The notes: generated from the letters alone by a model not told the origin. 64,000 nt of DNA from an uncultured Bacteroidota bacterium (GCA_964609675.1 CAZSRX010000022.1:6888-70887), one strand, 5' to 3'; positions 1 to 12,100 are shown, counted from the stretch's first letter. Program-made: numbers and translations.

Positions 1-744
1 ATGGTGAATCTCCTCCGGAGAAAAAGCCAGTTCGTCATCGCGTACGGTTCCTGCGCGCATCTGGGCGGCATTCCCGCGCTCGCGAATCAGTTTCCAAGAG
101 AACAAATATTAAAATATGTTTACGAGGAATCGCCCAGCACGGTAAACGATGAGAAAACGCGGCCCGCGACTTCGATCGACATTAAAAGCCACACCCTCAC
201 CTTACCCGGATTTCATAAATTAGTCCGCGCGCTGGATCAGGTGATTGACGTGGATTATTATTTACCCGGCTGCGCGCCGACGCCGAAACTGCTCAAAGAA
301 GCGGTGATGGCGCTTCTCCAGGGCAAACTCCCGCCGAAAGACTCCGTACTCGCGCCGGATATCGCGCTCTGCGATGAATGCCCGCGCAAGGACAGCAAAC
401 CCACGGATGTCGCTTACACCGAATTCAAACGCCCGCACTGGACTTTAATGGACGCGACGAAATGTTTTCTCGCTCAGGGCGTCGTCTGTATGGGCCCGGC
501 CACGCGCGGCGGATGCGAAGCGCTGTGCGTCAACGGGAATATGCCTTGCACCGGGTGTTTCGGCCCGACCTCGCGCGTGCAGGATCAGGGCGCGAAGATG
601 TTATCGTCGTTATGCTCCTCGATCAAACCGACCGACGAAGAAGGAATCGACGCGGTGCTCGAAGGCGTGCCCGATCCCGTCGGAACATTTTACCGGTACG
701 GTCTGGCGGCGTCGATTTTACGGGTAAAAGTAAATAAAGAATAA
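1..744 (+). CDS. [NiFe] hydrogenase small subunit (group 3-like), 5' end cut by the window edge
   Basis: Cys-rich FeS motifs including YYLPGCAPTP (the LPGCPP-type proximal-cluster motif), GGCEALC and CTGCFGP. It lies immediately upstream of a large-subunit gene, in the usual small-then-large order. Confidence 0.7.
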   Translation: MVNLLRRKSQFVIAYGSCAHLGGIPALANQFPREQILKYVYEESPSTVNDEKTRPATSIDIKSHTLTLPGFHKLVRALDQVIDVDYYLPGCAPTPKLLKEAVMALLQGKLPPKDSVLAPDIALCDECPRKDSKPTDVAYTEFKRPHWTLMDATKCFLAQGVVCMGPATRGGCEALCVNGNMPCTGCFGPTSRVQDQGAKMLSSLCSSIKPTDEEGIDAVLEGVPDPVGTFYRYGLAASILRVKVNKE

Positions 745-818
745 ACATTAAAAGCAGCTTCATGCTGAGCGAAGTCGAAGTATGAAGCTATTGGTTAGAA
801 AATTATACAAGGTCTGTT

Positions 819-2279
819 ATGCAAACCAGAAAAGTCACGATCGATCCGATTACCCGATTAGAGGGTCACGGTAAAATTGACATCTTTTTAAACGACGAAG
901 GCGACGTTGATCACGCGTATTACCAGATTCCCGAGCTGCGGGGATTCGAGATCTTCAGTCTCGGCCGTCCCGCGGAAGATATGCCGCAGATCACGAGCCG
1001 TATCTGCGGAGTGTGTCCCACGGCGCATCACATGGCCGGCACGAAAGCGCTGGACGCGTTGTACAAAATCGAACCGACCTCGCCGGCGAAAAAACTGCGC
1101 GAACTGATTTACAATACGTTCATGCTCGAGGATCACGCGCTGCACGTGTACGTGCTCGGCGGACCGGATTTTATTGTCGGACCTGAAGCGCCCAAGGAAC
1201 AGCGTAACATACTCGGCGTCATCGGGAAAGTCGGCGTGGATGCCGGCAAACGGGTGATCACGACACGCCGGCGATTGCGGGAACTGATCACGTATCTCAG
1301 CGGCAAGATCATTCATCCGGTGTTCGGCCTGCCCGGCGGCGTCGCGAAAGGGCTCACCAAACAGGATCTGCCGAAATTCCAGGAACTCGCCAAAGACAGT
1401 CTCGATTTCGCGCTGTTTACGATACAGGTGTTCAGAGACATCGTGCTTAAAAATGACGATTATGTTAAAATGATTACCTCCGACGCGTACACGCATCAAA
1501 CGTATTACATGGGACTGGTGGACGAAAATAATAAAGTCAATTTTTACGACGGCAAGATCCGCGTGGTGGATACCGAGGGAAAGGAATACGCGAAATTTTC
1601 CGCCGATAAATATCTGGATTACGTCGCCGAGCGCGTGGAACCGTGGAGTTATGTCAAATTTCCTTACCTGAAACCGCTCGGTTGGCGAGGGTTTACAGAC
1701 GGCACGGACACCAGTTTGTACGCCGTGGCGCCGTTAGCGCGATTGAACGTCTCCGACGGCATGGCCACGCCGAAAGCGCATGAAGCGTATGAGGAATTTT
1801 ACAAAATCCTCGGCGCGAAACCGGTGCATCACACGCTGGCGAATCATTACGCGCGCGTCGTGGAAATGATACAGGCCGCGGAGAAAATGGTTGAACTGAT
1901 CAACGATCCGGAAATCACCAGCGATCACATCCGTGTGATCCCGTTCGAGAAACCGACGGTCGGCGTGGGCGTCGTGGAAGCCCCGCGCGGCACGCTGTTC
2001 CATCATTACGAAACCGACGAACGCGGCATTCTTACGAAAGTCAATCTCATCGTCGCCACGCAGAACAATTCCGCCCGCATCGCGATGAGCGTCGATAAAG
2101 CCGCGAAAGGACTGATCCGCAAGGGACAAATCTCCGACGGACTGCTGAATAAAATCGAAATGGCCTTCCGCGCCTACGATCCCTGCAACGCCTGCGCCAC
2201 CCACGCGCTGGGCCAAATGCCGCTGCGCGTGAATATTAAGGATATTACCGGAAACATTATTCAGACCATCAGGCGATAA
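819..2279 (+). CDS. [NiFe] hydrogenase large subunit (cytoplasmic group 3 type)
   Basis: N-terminal RICGVCPTAHH (the RxCGxCxxxH Ni-binding motif) and C-terminal DPCNACATHALG (the DPCxxCxxH motif), with a short tail after it. Length is 486 aa. Confidence 0.9.
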   Translation: MQTRKVTIDPITRLEGHGKIDIFLNDEGDVDHAYYQIPELRGFEIFSLGRPAEDMPQITSRICGVCPTAHHMAGTKALDALYKIEPTSPAKKLRELIYNTFMLEDHALHVYVLGGPDFIVGPEAPKEQRNILGVIGKVGVDAGKRVITTRRRLRELITYLSGKIIHPVFGLPGGVAKGLTKQDLPKFQELAKDSLDFALFTIQVFRDIVLKNDDYVKMITSDAYTHQTYYMGLVDENNKVNFYDGKIRVVDTEGKEYAKFSADKYLDYVAERVEPWSYVKFPYLKPLGWRGFTDGTDTSLYAVAPLARLNVSDGMATPKAHEAYEEFYKILGAKPVHHTLANHYARVVEMIQAAEKMVELINDPEITSDHIRVIPFEKPTVGVGVVEAPRGTLFHHYETDERGILTKVNLIVATQNNSARIAMSVDKAAKGLIRKGQISDGLLNKIEMAFRAYDPCNACATHALGQMPLRVNIKDITGNIIQTIRR

Positions 2280-2379
2280 ATCAAAGGTCACTCCATTTAA
2301 CATCACGCAACCAGATACTTGATATTCTATAAAAATTTTTTTTCTTTATGAGACACAGCCAGCGAAGTCTTAACAGCGG

Positions 2380-4251
2380 GTGGTATTCATTGAGGTAGAA
2401 ATAAAATTAATGATTCGGGCTGAACGGAATATTCGACCCGCCACACCTAACCGGACGTACAGCAACAAACGATTGATTGGCTTTATTGCGGACAAACAAA
2501 TAATAAAATCAGCTATGCCTACGCTTACTGAAATCGTCCAGGAACTGCAGACAGCGCTGGATGAATCGTTAAAGGCACTATCGGCGAAGTTTGCGACGAT
2601 TCATACGCTCTTAAAATCTGCGGATATCGCCGCGGCGGATCAATCGGTTAACGAGCTTTTCCGGATGTACCTTGAGACGCACCGAAAGATCAACGGGCAT
2701 CTGAAACTACTGATGGCCGAAGCCGACCGGCAGGAAAAAAAGTTTGGCGAATTGCATCTTGAAAAAGAACAATTCAAAGCGCTGTACGATACCTGCGTGC
2801 TGTTTGCTTCGGAATCGGAGCTCGAAGGACTTATCGCGTTTGCCATGGACCAGTTAACGTATCATCTCCAAGCCGACCGCGGATTTCTGATTCTGATAAA
2901 TGAGCGCGGCGACACCGAATATCTTGTCAGCCGGAACTTCGAAGGGGAGACGATTGACGAACCGGCCCGCGAAGTCAGCAAAACCGTGATTCGTCAGACG
3001 CTGGATATACTCGAACCGGTCAAAGTGGACCATTCCGACGCTTCCGAGCAATTGATCCGGCAGGGCAGTTTTGTACGGCTGGGTTTGTGCTCCGTGCTGT
3101 CGGTACCGGTGATTTACCGTAAACAACTGCTCGGCGTGGTTTATCTGGACCGTAAGGAAGGCGCCGTTTGCTTCACCGACCGCGATCTGGCGTTTCTCGC
3201 GGCGTTTGCCCGGCAAATCGCATTCCGGATTAATGAGTTAAAGGAACTGCAGACCGCCAAATCCGACATGGAACGCCGCGACCGAAGCCGCCTGCAGGGA
3301 CTGCGGGCGCAGCACCGCTTCGAGGAGATTATCGGCAAAAGTGATGCGCTGACCCGCGTGCTTGAAATCTGCGCCAAAGTAGCCGCCACCGATGCGACCG
3401 TTTTGATTCTGGGCGAAAGCGGTGTGGGCAAGGAACTGATTGCGCGGGCGCTGCATTTTAACAGCGACCGTTTTGAGGGGCCGATGATCGCCGTCAACTG
3501 CGGGGCGATTCCCGCCGACCTGCTCGAATCGGAACTCTTTGGTTATGAGCCTGGCGCGTTTACCGGCGCGGTCAAAGCCAAGCCGGGCCGTTTTGAACTC
3601 GCGCACCGCGGCACGCTGTTCCTCGACGAAATCGCCGAACTCTCTGTGAACCTTCAGGCCAAGATTCTGCGCGTCATCCAGACCCGTGAGATCGAACGGC
3701 TCGGCGGCACCGGTTCCAAAAAAATCGATATCCGCCTGATTGCCGCTACCAATAAAGACCTCGCCCGCCGGGTACGGGAAGGTAAATTCCGCGAAGACCT
3801 GTATTACCGCCTGAAAGTCGTCGAAATCGAAGTGCCGCCCCTCCGCGAACGGAAAGACGATATCCAATTGCTCGTCGATTATTTCATCCGCAAGTACGGC
3901 GAACGCCGCGTTACCGCCATCTCCGATGAAGCGCTCGAGGTGCTGGAAAATTACCGCTGGGACGGTAATATACGGGAATTGGAGAATGTCATCCAGCGCG
4001 CCATTGTGCTGGCCGGAAGTTCCATGATCGGCATTGCGGATTTACCGGCGGAAATCGTCAGCGAGACGGGGCAGGATTTTAAAGCCCCGTCGGGTCAGAC
4101 GCTCGATGAGGCTGAAGCCGAGTTTCGCAAATGGTTTATTATTCGTACGCTCCGGAAAACCGGAAACAACAAAGCCAAAACCGCCGAACTACTCGGCGTG
4201 AACCGTTCGCATTTCTTCAAGATACTGAATCAACTGGGAATAAAGGAATAG
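2380..4251 (+). CDS. Sigma-54-dependent transcriptional activator with N-terminal GAF domain (FhlA/HoxA-like); true start may be the Met at about 2518
   Basis: AAA+ sigma-54 interaction domain with Walker A GESGVGKE, the GAFTGA motif, [15 protein letters not shown] and a C-terminal Fis-type HTH ([20 protein letters not shown]). The N-terminal region of about 250 aa is GAF-like. Confidence 0.9.
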   Translation: MVFIEVEIKLMIRAERNIRPATPNRTYSNKRLIGFIADKQIIKSAMPTLTEIVQELQTALDESLKALSAKFATIHTLLKSADIAAADQSVNELFRMYLETHRKINGHLKLLMAEADRQEKKFGELHLEKEQFKALYDTCVLFASESELEGLIAFAMDQLTYHLQADRGFLILINERGDTEYLVSRNFEGETIDEPAREVSKTVIRQTLDILEPVKVDHSDASEQLIRQGSFVRLGLCSVLSVPVIYRKQLLGVVYLDRKEGAVCFTDRDLAFLAAFARQIAFRINELKELQTAKSDMERRDRSRLQGLRAQHRFEEIIGKSDALTRVLEICAKVAATDATVLILGESGVGKELIARALHFNSDRFEGPMIAVNCGAIPADLLESELFGYEPGAFTGAVKAKPGRFELAHRGTLFLDEIAELSVNLQAKILRVIQTREIERLGGTGSKKIDIRLIAATNKDLARRVREGKFREDLYYRLKVVEIEVPPLRERKDDIQLLVDYFIRKYGERRVTAISDEALEVLENYRWDGNIRELENVIQRAIVLAGSSMIGIADLPAEIVSETGQDFKAPSGQTLDEAEAEFRKWFIIRTLRKTGNNKAKTAELLGVNRSHFFKILNQLGIKE

Positions 4252-4264
4252 AACTTTCGTGAAC

Positions 4265-4297
4265 TAAAAAAGCATCCCCATCGGGGGATGCTTTTTT
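4265..4297. terminator. Bidirectional rho-independent terminator between convergent genes
   Basis: The sequence aaaaaagcatcccc-atcg-ggggatgctttttt is a perfect 9-bp GC-rich stem with an A-tract on one side and a T-tract on the other. Confidence 0.8.
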
Positions 4298-4319
4298 ACA
4301 TGGCGCATTTTCCTGTGGA

Positions 4320-5033
4320 TTATTTCATTGTAGAATCTTTGGCTCCGGCGGCGGCGAGGGAATCCTGGCGCAACTTGTTGTACACTTCTTCTCGTCCGGC
4401 TTCACGCGCGGCTTCCAGCTGGCGCTTGCGAAGGATTGCGTTAAAACGGTTCGGCGAGATACGCGCCGTGCCTTTGGTGACAAACGTCCCAAAGGTGCCG
4501 TCGTTGTAGTAATTCCATACATAAAATCCGTCAATCATCTCATCCACCAGCCGAACTTCCTCAATCAGCTTGCGGGCTTCTTCCTTGGGCAACTGTTTCT
4601 CGTTGACCAGAAAATCCATGCAGATTTTTTCATGGGTGTCGCCTTTTTTAACCACAACCGGCTTGGGCAGTTTGGCTTTCAGGTCTTCGATGTCGGCGTT
4701 CATCTTTTCGATCTGAAGGTTTTTATCAAGTATCTGGTTCAGCAGACCGCGATAGGTCAGATCCTGTTCTTTTTCCACCATGCTCTGAATCAGCGCGAGC
4801 TGTTTCTTATCCATGCCCATGATACTGTCCGGAAGCTCAATCTGCTCGTCAGCCTTCTTGTTGGCGTTGTATTGGCGAACCGCATTGACGATATCTGAGT
4901 TTATCGCGCTGATTTCCTCATTCTTCTTCTGCACCTGTTTAACCAGCTTGTTAAATTCCTCGATACTGCTGACTTCCTTTGAGCCGCAGCCCACTATCGC
5001 GGCGATCGCCATCACCATAATGACTTTTTTCAT
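4320..5033 (-). CDS. Coiled-coil lipoprotein, function unknown
   Basis: Signal peptide with lipobox (MKKVIMVMAIAAIVGC). The sequence is heptad-rich and charged, with no recognisable catalytic motif. Confidence 0.5.
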   Translation of the reverse strand: MKKVIMVMAIAAIVGCGSKEVSSIEEFNKLVKQVQKKNEEISAINSDIVNAVRQYNANKKADEQIELPDSIMGMDKKQLALIQSMVEKEQDLTYRGLLNQILDKNLQIEKMNADIEDLKAKLPKPVVVKKGDTHEKICMDFLVNEKQLPKEEARKLIEEVRLVDEMIDGFYVWNYYNDGTFGTFVTKGTARISPNRFNAILRKRQLEAAREAGREEVYNKLRQDSLAAAGAKDSTMK

Positions 5034-5289
5034 GATTTAACTCCGTTGTCTTTGTTGTTATTAATATCTCCGTGTTTCGGGGCAGAAATTTATTATATTA
5101 TTTTGTATAATCAATAAAAAAATTCAATTAGATACTTCATCCGTTATCTATTACCGGATTCATTTTTGGAAATTATATCCTGCAGGTGCTATGGTTTCAA
5201 AAAAATTTTATTCTTTCTATTTATTAAAAATTCAAATATTTTAAATGCAGTAATCATTATACCCGAAACGGTTCTCCGGATATCAATAC

Positions 5290-8200
5290 ATGAAGTATAC
5301 AAAATATCTTTTTTGTCTGATTCTTCTGGCCGGATGCGGTTTGCCCGCTCGGGTCTTTCCTCAGTTTCCGGACTATATGATCAGCCATGTTTCCCTGGAA
5401 CAGGGTCTTTCGCAAAGTGGTATCGAATTCATTATGCAGGACCGGCGCGGATTCCTGTGGATCGGCACACAGGACGGCCTGAACCGCTATGACGGATACT
5501 CATTCACGGTGTACAAACACGAACCATCCGATCCGTTCAGTATTTCCCATAATACCATTACCACAATCTATGAAGACCGCGAAGGCCGACTGTGGCTCGG
5601 CACCCAAAAGGGGTTGAACTGCTTCTATAACGGACAATTTATCCGGTACCCTTATGGCGCCGCCGATAGTATGAGTCTCTCTTCGGGGGAAATATACACA
5701 ATCACGGGAGATGACTCCGGATACATTTGGATTGGCACTTACGGCGGCGGTCTGAATCGTCTGGATCCGGTCACGGGTAAAATAACCGTTTTCAAGAACC
5801 ATCCGGATGACCCAAACAGCCTGCCTTCAAACAGCGTCCGGGAATTGTGTTATACGCGGAACGGCGAACTGTGGGCAGGCACTTCCCGCGGATTATGTCT
5901 GTATTCACAGGGTTCATTTAAAATATTCCAGAACCATCCGGACGACCCGTCCAGTATATCCGGTAATAGTATATATCGGCTGTCCGAAAGCCCTTCCGGC
6001 GACCTTTGGGTCAGTACCCACGATCATGGATTAAACCGTTTCAACCGTCGAACGGGTAAAGCCATCCGTTACCTTTCCCAGGACAGGGATCTTACCCTCC
6101 CGGATGTCACCTCCGTACTGGAACTTGAAGACAGCACCGTATGGATCGGAACGGCCGGAGGCGGATTGCATGTTCTATATAAGAACCGCATTATATACTT
6201 TCGTAATGATCCCTCAGACCCCAAAAGCCTTTCCAACAATGACATCACACGAATTTTTGCGGATCGATCGGGCAATATCTGGGTGGGCACCATGGGCGGA
6301 GGACTCAATAAATTTCGTCGCAATCCATTCGCCATATACAGCGCGCGTTCCCGAGAACCCTACCGAATCCCCGGAAACGAGGTATGGTCAATTATGGAAG
6401 ACCGGAGCGACAATTTCTGGTTAAGCATCCGTCACATGGGCTTGTTTAAATATGAAAAACAAAAGACGCTGACATTCAGCAGCCGCGCTCCGGAACCCTA
6501 CCGGCTTACGCACAGCAACGTATTGACGCTCCATCAGGACCGAAGCGGCGCAATATGGATCGGCACCTATCAGGGTCTGAACCGGTACGACGGTATGAAA
6601 ATGATTCGATTTAATTATAATCCTGCGGATTCGAACGGAATCCCGGCGCCTACCATCATGGCGTCGCTGGAGGATTCCGCGGGCCAATTATGGTTTGCCT
6701 CTTTTGGCGGTGGTTTTTTCCGGTGGATTCCCGATCCGAAATCAGCCCGTCAGGGCCGCTTCATAACCTTTCAGCATAATCCGAAAAATCCCAACAGTTT
6801 GTCCAACAATGACGTCTTTGCGCTTATGGAAGACCGTCAGGGACATCTCTGGATCGGCACTTTCGACGGGTTGAACGAATTCGATGGAAAGAATTTTACA
6901 ATATTCCGCCGGGATACCGCCGACCGGACATCCATCAGCCATAACACGATTCTGTGTATGCATCAGAGCCGGGATGGCACCATTTGGGTCGGTACGGATG
7001 GCGGCGGGGTCAATGCGTACCGCGACGGCCGGTTTCGGGCATACACCAAGAAAGACGGCCTGCCTAATAACGTGATTTACGGTATTCTGGAAGACGCCAG
7101 CGGTCATTTGTGGATGTCCACGAACGGCGGGTTGTGCCGGTTGACGCCCGGAAAAAACGGCGACGCTGATATCCGCTCTTTCGACGTGCACGACGGTTTG
7201 CCGAGCAATGAATTCAACCAGAGCAGTTATTACCGCAATAAAAAAGGAGAGATGTTTTTCGGCGGTATCAGCGGTATGATCCGTTTCCGGCCTGATGAAC
7301 TGGTCGCCAGTACGTACCGGCCGCCGGTGTATATCACCGCGTTTAAAATTTACGACAAACCGGTTTCCTTTGGCCGCGATATATCTGAAGTCGGCGCTAT
7401 CGACATCGCTTACTACGATAATTTCTTTTCCTTCGAGTTTGTCGCCTTAGACTATACTATCCCAGAAAAAAATCAATACGCCTATCAACTGGTTGGGTTT
7501 GACAGAAACTGGATATACTCCGGCACGCGTCGGTACGTCAGCTATACCAATCTCGACGGCGGCAATTATATTTTTAAAGTCAAAGCCACCAACAGCCACG
7601 GCGTCTGGAATGAAAATTCTCTCGAAATAAAAATTACCATCCATCCGCCGTTCTGGAAAACCGCATGGTTCCGCGTCCTGCTGACGCTGATAATCATGTC
7701 GTCCGGTTATTTCCTTTATCGTACGCGGGTGCGCGCCATTCAACACCGCAACGTCATCCTGGAACAACGCGTCCACGAGCGCACCCGGATGATCGAAGCT
7801 AAAAACGCGGAACTGGAAATGAAAAACGAGCAGATTCGCCGGCATCAGGAACAACTGATTCAGGCGGAAAAACTCTCCTCGTTGGGACGCCTCGTCTCCA
7901 GCATGTCGCACGAAATCAACAATCCCCTGAACTTTACCTGCGGCAGCCTCAACCTGCTGGAACAGGAAATCGCCGACGCGGAAGCCCTGCTCAAGGAAAA
8001 ATACGACGCCAACGAACCGGTCACGGAAGATATCCGGAAGCTGACCGTGCACATCACCGCCATGAAAGAACTTGCCCAAACCCTCCAAATAGGCGTCGGC
8101 CGCATCAAAGATATCGCTGTGGGCATGCGCAACTTTTCGGTCATGCATGAGTCCGAGCCGGTGGAAGTGGAACTTCACATCACAGTCAGCTACCTGCTGT

Positions 8201-8661
8201 CGCTCATCCGCTCCCAGGACCGCCAGAACGTGGAAATTCATACGGAACTCAACGCAGTGCCGACCATCATGGGACTGCCCGGACAATTTAACCACGCCAT
8301 CCTCAATATCATCAAAAACGCCATTGAATTCACGCAAAAGAAATACCCGCCGGACCAAAACGGCCATGTATGGATTAAAACCTACGTCAAAGACGGTTAC
8401 ATCGAAATATCCGTTCGCGATGACGGACCCGGTATTCCGGAGCAGCACCGTCACAAGATTTTCGAGCCGTTTTTCACTACCAAGGGCGTCGGTGAAGGCA
8501 CCGGTCTGGGCCTGGCAATCAGTTACGGTATCATCCAGAACCATCACGGCGATATCCTGTGCCATTCCACTCCCGGCGAAGGTAGTGAGTTCATCATCCG
8601 CATTCCTCTCCCCAGTAACGATTCTGAGAATTTTATGGATGATTCTTTGGAACAATTGTAA
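5290..8661 (+). CDS. Sensor histidine kinase with periplasmic two-component-regulator beta-propeller repeats and Y_Y_Y domain
   Basis: Lipoprotein signal (LLAGCG). About 12 repeats of the form W(I/L)GTxxGLNR(Y/F)D. One TM helix (WFRVLLTLIIMSSGYFLY). HisKA H-box SHEINNPLN and HATPase G-boxes DDGPGIP and GTGLGLAIS. There is no receiver or AraC domain. Confidence 0.85.
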   Translation: MKYTKYLFCLILLAGCGLPARVFPQFPDYMISHVSLEQGLSQSGIEFIMQDRRGFLWIGTQDGLNRYDGYSFTVYKHEPSDPFSISHNTITTIYEDREGRLWLGTQKGLNCFYNGQFIRYPYGAADSMSLSSGEIYTITGDDSGYIWIGTYGGGLNRLDPVTGKITVFKNHPDDPNSLPSNSVRELCYTRNGELWAGTSRGLCLYSQGSFKIFQNHPDDPSSISGNSIYRLSESPSGDLWVSTHDHGLNRFNRRTGKAIRYLSQDRDLTLPDVTSVLELEDSTVWIGTAGGGLHVLYKNRIIYFRNDPSDPKSLSNNDITRIFADRSGNIWVGTMGGGLNKFRRNPFAIYSARSREPYRIPGNEVWSIMEDRSDNFWLSIRHMGLFKYEKQKTLTFSSRAPEPYRLTHSNVLTLHQDRSGAIWIGTYQGLNRYDGMKMIRFNYNPADSNGIPAPTIMASLEDSAGQLWFASFGGGFFRWIPDPKSARQGRFITFQHNPKNPNSLSNNDVFALMEDRQGHLWIGTFDGLNEFDGKNFTIFRRDTADRTSISHNTILCMHQSRDGTIWVGTDGGGVNAYRDGRFRAYTKKDGLPNNVIYGILEDASGHLWMSTNGGLCRLTPGKNGDADIRSFDVHDGLPSNEFNQSSYYRNKKGEMFFGGISGMIRFRPDELVASTYRPPVYITAFKIYDKPVSFGRDISEVGAIDIAYYDNFFSFEFVALDYTIPEKNQYAYQLVGFDRNWIYSGTRRYVSYTNLDGGNYIFKVKATNSHGVWNENSLEIKITIHPPFWKTAWFRVLLTLIIMSSGYFLYRTRVRAIQHRNVILEQRVHERTRMIEAKNAELEMKNEQIRRHQEQLIQAEKLSSLGRLVSSMSHEINNPLNFTCGSLNLLEQEIADAEALLKEKYDANEPVTEDIRKLTVHITAMKELAQTLQIGVGRIKDIAVGMRNFSVMHESEPVEVELHITVSYLLSLIRSQDRQNVEIHTELNAVPTIMGLPGQFNHAILNIIKNAIEFTQKKYPPDQNGHVWIKTYVKDGYIEISVRDDGPGIPEQHRHKIFEPFFTTKGVGEGTGLGLAISYGIIQNHHGDILCHSTPGEGSEFIIRIPLPSNDSENFMDDSLEQL

Positions 8662-9152
8662 AGGTTACCAAATATATTGACACCATCTGAACCATAAAAA
8701 AAGTGTCGTCATACCGCCGAGCGGATGACTACGAAATGGTTCAACGTGTTGAGTTCAGATACTGACCATGCGCGCTGAAAAGGCGTATTGGTTGGCTGTC
8801 ATGGCCGTGAACTCCACGCACATGCCGGTGCGGCCAACTCGTGAAACGAAATTCTTTATTCGGTATTCTGTGGTTCGATAAATCCACAGAATTTCTACGC
8901 AAGATATCCCTCGCCTTCCTGTTCAATAATAACGGGATATTGAAAATATTTCATCATGGATTTTCTTAAGCCAATAACTTTTTTTGCATAATACACATTC
9001 AGTCCTGATTGAAAAAATTTAATGAATCGATGATGCTTGATCCAAACGCGCTATTTTAAATGGCTTCCTTTTATAATTGCCATCATAAAAGTCAGTAATA
9101 ATGCGACGCCCGATTCGCTTAAAGCAAACCGGGCGTTAATCATTTATGTAAT

Positions 9153-9193
9153 ATAAGCGGCTGAATAAAAGGTTGTGCCGCTTATCAAGAATC
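9153..9193 (-). terminator. Possible terminator hairpin downstream of nrdJ
   Basis: aagcggc-(15 nt)-gccgctt hairpin just 3' of the nrdJ stop, with a weak U-tract on the minus strand. Confidence 0.35.
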
Positions 9194-9195
9194 CT

Positions 9196-12100
9196 TTACG
9201 AGCAGCCCATGCTGTTGCCGCAGTTCAGGCATTTGTAGCAGGCGCCGTTGCGGACGGTGATGTGTCCGCAGACGTCGCAGGCGGGCGCGTCGCCCATCAT
9301 GGAGCCGAGCTGTTGTTCCATCAGGTTGGAAGCAGGCGCGACGGCGGTAGGGGGCGTTTTATCAATCCCCTCTTCTTCGGTCTTGGGTTCTTCCGCGACG
9401 TGCTTATCGGAATCCATCGCGGGCGGCACATGCACAAAATCGGTGCGGCCGAGATATTCCATACCGAGCACACGGAAAATAAAATCCAGGATGGAAGTCG
9501 CGTTCTTGATGTTCGGGTGGTTGGTGAAGCCGCTCGGCTCGAACCGCGTGAAGGTAAATTTCTCGACGAATTTTTCGAGCGGCACGCCGTACTGCAGGCC
9601 CATGGAAACCGCCACGGCAAAACAATTGAGCAGGCTCCGGTAGGCGGCGCCTTCTTTGAACATATCGATAAACACTTCGCCGAGCTGGCCGTCGTCGTAC
9701 TCGCCGGTGCGGAAATAGATTTTGTGCCCGCCGACGAGCGCTTCCTGCGTGAATCCATGGCGTTTGAGCGGCAGCGGCTTCTTCTGCCCGCGGCGCAGTT
9801 CGAGATTGCTTTTATCAATCGCCTCCTGCACGGCTTTTTCAAGCTGTTCCCTGGTATACTGCAGGTTGGACGCGGACGATTCGTCGCTCTCCAGTTTCTT
9901 GCTGCTGAGCGGTTGCGAGAACTTGGACCCGTCGCGGTAAAGGGCAATTGCCTTGACGCCGAGTTTCCAGGCCTCCAGGTAAATCCGCTCGATATCCTGC
10001 ACGGTCGCTTCGTTCGGGATGTTCACCGTTTTCGAGATCGCGCCGGAGAGGAACGGCTGCACCGCGGCCATCATCTTGATGTGCCCCATCGGCTCAATGT
10101 AGCGTTTGCCGATCCCGCATTTGTTGGCGCAGTCGAACACGGCCAGATGCTCTTCGCGAATCAGATGCGTGCCTTCCACGGTCTGCGCGCCCCCGATATA
10201 AATCACGGAACGGGAAATCTGTTCGCCGGACAGGCCTTTCTGCTTGAGCGACTTAATATTAATATGCGGCGTGTATTCATCCAGCGATTTATTTTTATTC
10301 ACGTACGCTTCCGCTTCGGCGATTTCGGCGTCGCTGAAGCCCAAGCTGCGCAGTTGTTCGGGATTAACGTAAGGCGCTCCCTGGAACGTACCGTGCCCAA
10401 GGATGTATTTTTCGATGTTTACGATATCGTCCTGGCTGTAACCGAGGTGCGTCAAGGCTTGCGGCAGTGAGCTGTTCACAATCTTGAAATATCCGCCGCC
10501 GGCGAGTTTTTTCCATTTCACCAGCGAGAATTCCGGTTCGACGCCGGTGGTATCGCAGTCCATCAGCAGGCCGATAGTTCCGGTCGGCGCGAGCACCGTA
10601 GTCTGGGCGTTGCGGTAGCCGAACGTTTCGCCGAGGGCCAGACAGACGTCCCAGTCCTCGCGGGCGGCCTTAATCATGTAATCCGGCGCGTGCGTGGGAT
10701 GAATCTTATACGCGGCGTCGCGGTGTTTCTGCATCACTTTAAGCATCGGCGCGCGGTTCTTCGCATAGCCGGCAAACGCGCCTTTGACGGCCGCAATTTC
10801 GGCGGAAGTGCGGTATCCCCAGGCATTCATAATCGCGGTGATGGAGGCGGCCAGCCCGCGGCCTTCGTCGGAATCGTACGGCAGCCCGTTCACCATGAGC
10901 AGCGTGCCGAGATTGGCGTATCCCAGTCCCAGCGGCCGGTAATCGTGGCTGTTCTGCGCGATTTTAAATGTGGGATACGACGACATATCCACGATAATTT
11001 CCTGCGCGATGATAAAAATGCGGCAGGCCTGGCGGAAACCGGCGTAATCAAAACGCCCGTGCTCATCGGCAAATTTCATCAGATTGATCGAGGCGAGGTT
11101 GCAGGCGCTGTCGTCGAGGAACATGTATTCCGAGCAGGGATTGGAGGCGTGGATGCGGTCGCTGTTGGGGCAGGTATGCCAGCTGTTGATGGTATCGTCA
11201 AACTGGATGCCGGGATCCGCGCAGGCCCAGGCGGCGTAAGCGATCTGGTCGAACAGCTCGCGGGCTTTGTATGTATTCACCACTTCGCCGGTCGTGCGCG
11301 CGATGGTCTGCCAATCGCCGCCTTCCAGCACGGCGTTCATGAACTTATCCGACACACGGACGGAGTTGTTGGAATTTTGTCCGGACACGGTCTGATACGC
11401 TTCGCCGTTGAAATCCGCGTCGTACCCGTCCTTGATGAGAGCGTGGACTTTCTTTTCTTCTTTGACTTTCCAGTTGATGAAGTCCACGATTTCCGGATGG
11501 TCCATGTCGAGGCAGACCATTTTGGCGGCGCGGCGCGTGGTGCCGCCGGACTTGGTGGCGCCGGCTCCGCGGTCAAGCACCGACAGGAACGACATCAACC
11601 CCGACGAGGTGCCTCCGCCGGAAAGCTTTTCCTGCTTGCCGCGCAGCGGCGAAAAATTCGTGCCCGTGCCGGAACCGAATTTGAAAAGCCGCGCCTCGTT
11701 CTTCGCCAACTCAAAAATGCCCATCAAATCGTCCTGAACGGACTGGATAAAGCACGCCGAACACTGCGGATGGGAATACGCATCGTCGGTCATCTCGATG
11801 GCGTTGCTCTTCGGATTCCAGTAATAATTGCCGCCCGAGCCCTGTATCTTGTACTGATGATACAGGCCGCAATTGAACCACACCGGCGAATTGAACGCCC
11901 CTTTCTGGTTCACGAGCAGATGCGTGAGTTCCATTTCAAACACTTCGGCGTCTTTGACGGCGTCAAAGTATCCGAGCCGTTCGCCTTCCTGCCGGATAGT
12001 ATGCGCCACGCGATACACCAGCTGTTTTACGCTGTTTTCATAGCCCGCTCCCGGCACTCCCGCCTTACGGAAATACTTGGACGCAACAATATCCGTGGCC

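Noticed and set aside
378-737. 119-aa ORF overlapping the hydrogenase small-subunit gene in another frame
   Set aside because: Arg-rich out-of-frame shadow within a gene supported by motifs.
1734-2306. 190-aa minus-strand ORF inside the hydrogenase large-subunit gene
   Set aside because: Antisense shadow. The large-subunit Ni-binding motifs validate the plus-strand frame.
7447-8655. 402-aa minus-strand ORF
   Set aside because: Antisense to the histidine-kinase catalytic region, whose H-box and G-boxes validate the plus-strand gene.
9175-10470. 431-aa plus-strand ORF, together with other long ORFs at 9321-9947 and 10690-12243 on the opposite strand or in other frames
   Set aside because: They lie entirely inside and antisense to, or out of frame with, the well-supported nrdJ CDS. 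High-GC shadow ORFs with Arg/Gly/Ala-rich, low-complexity translations.
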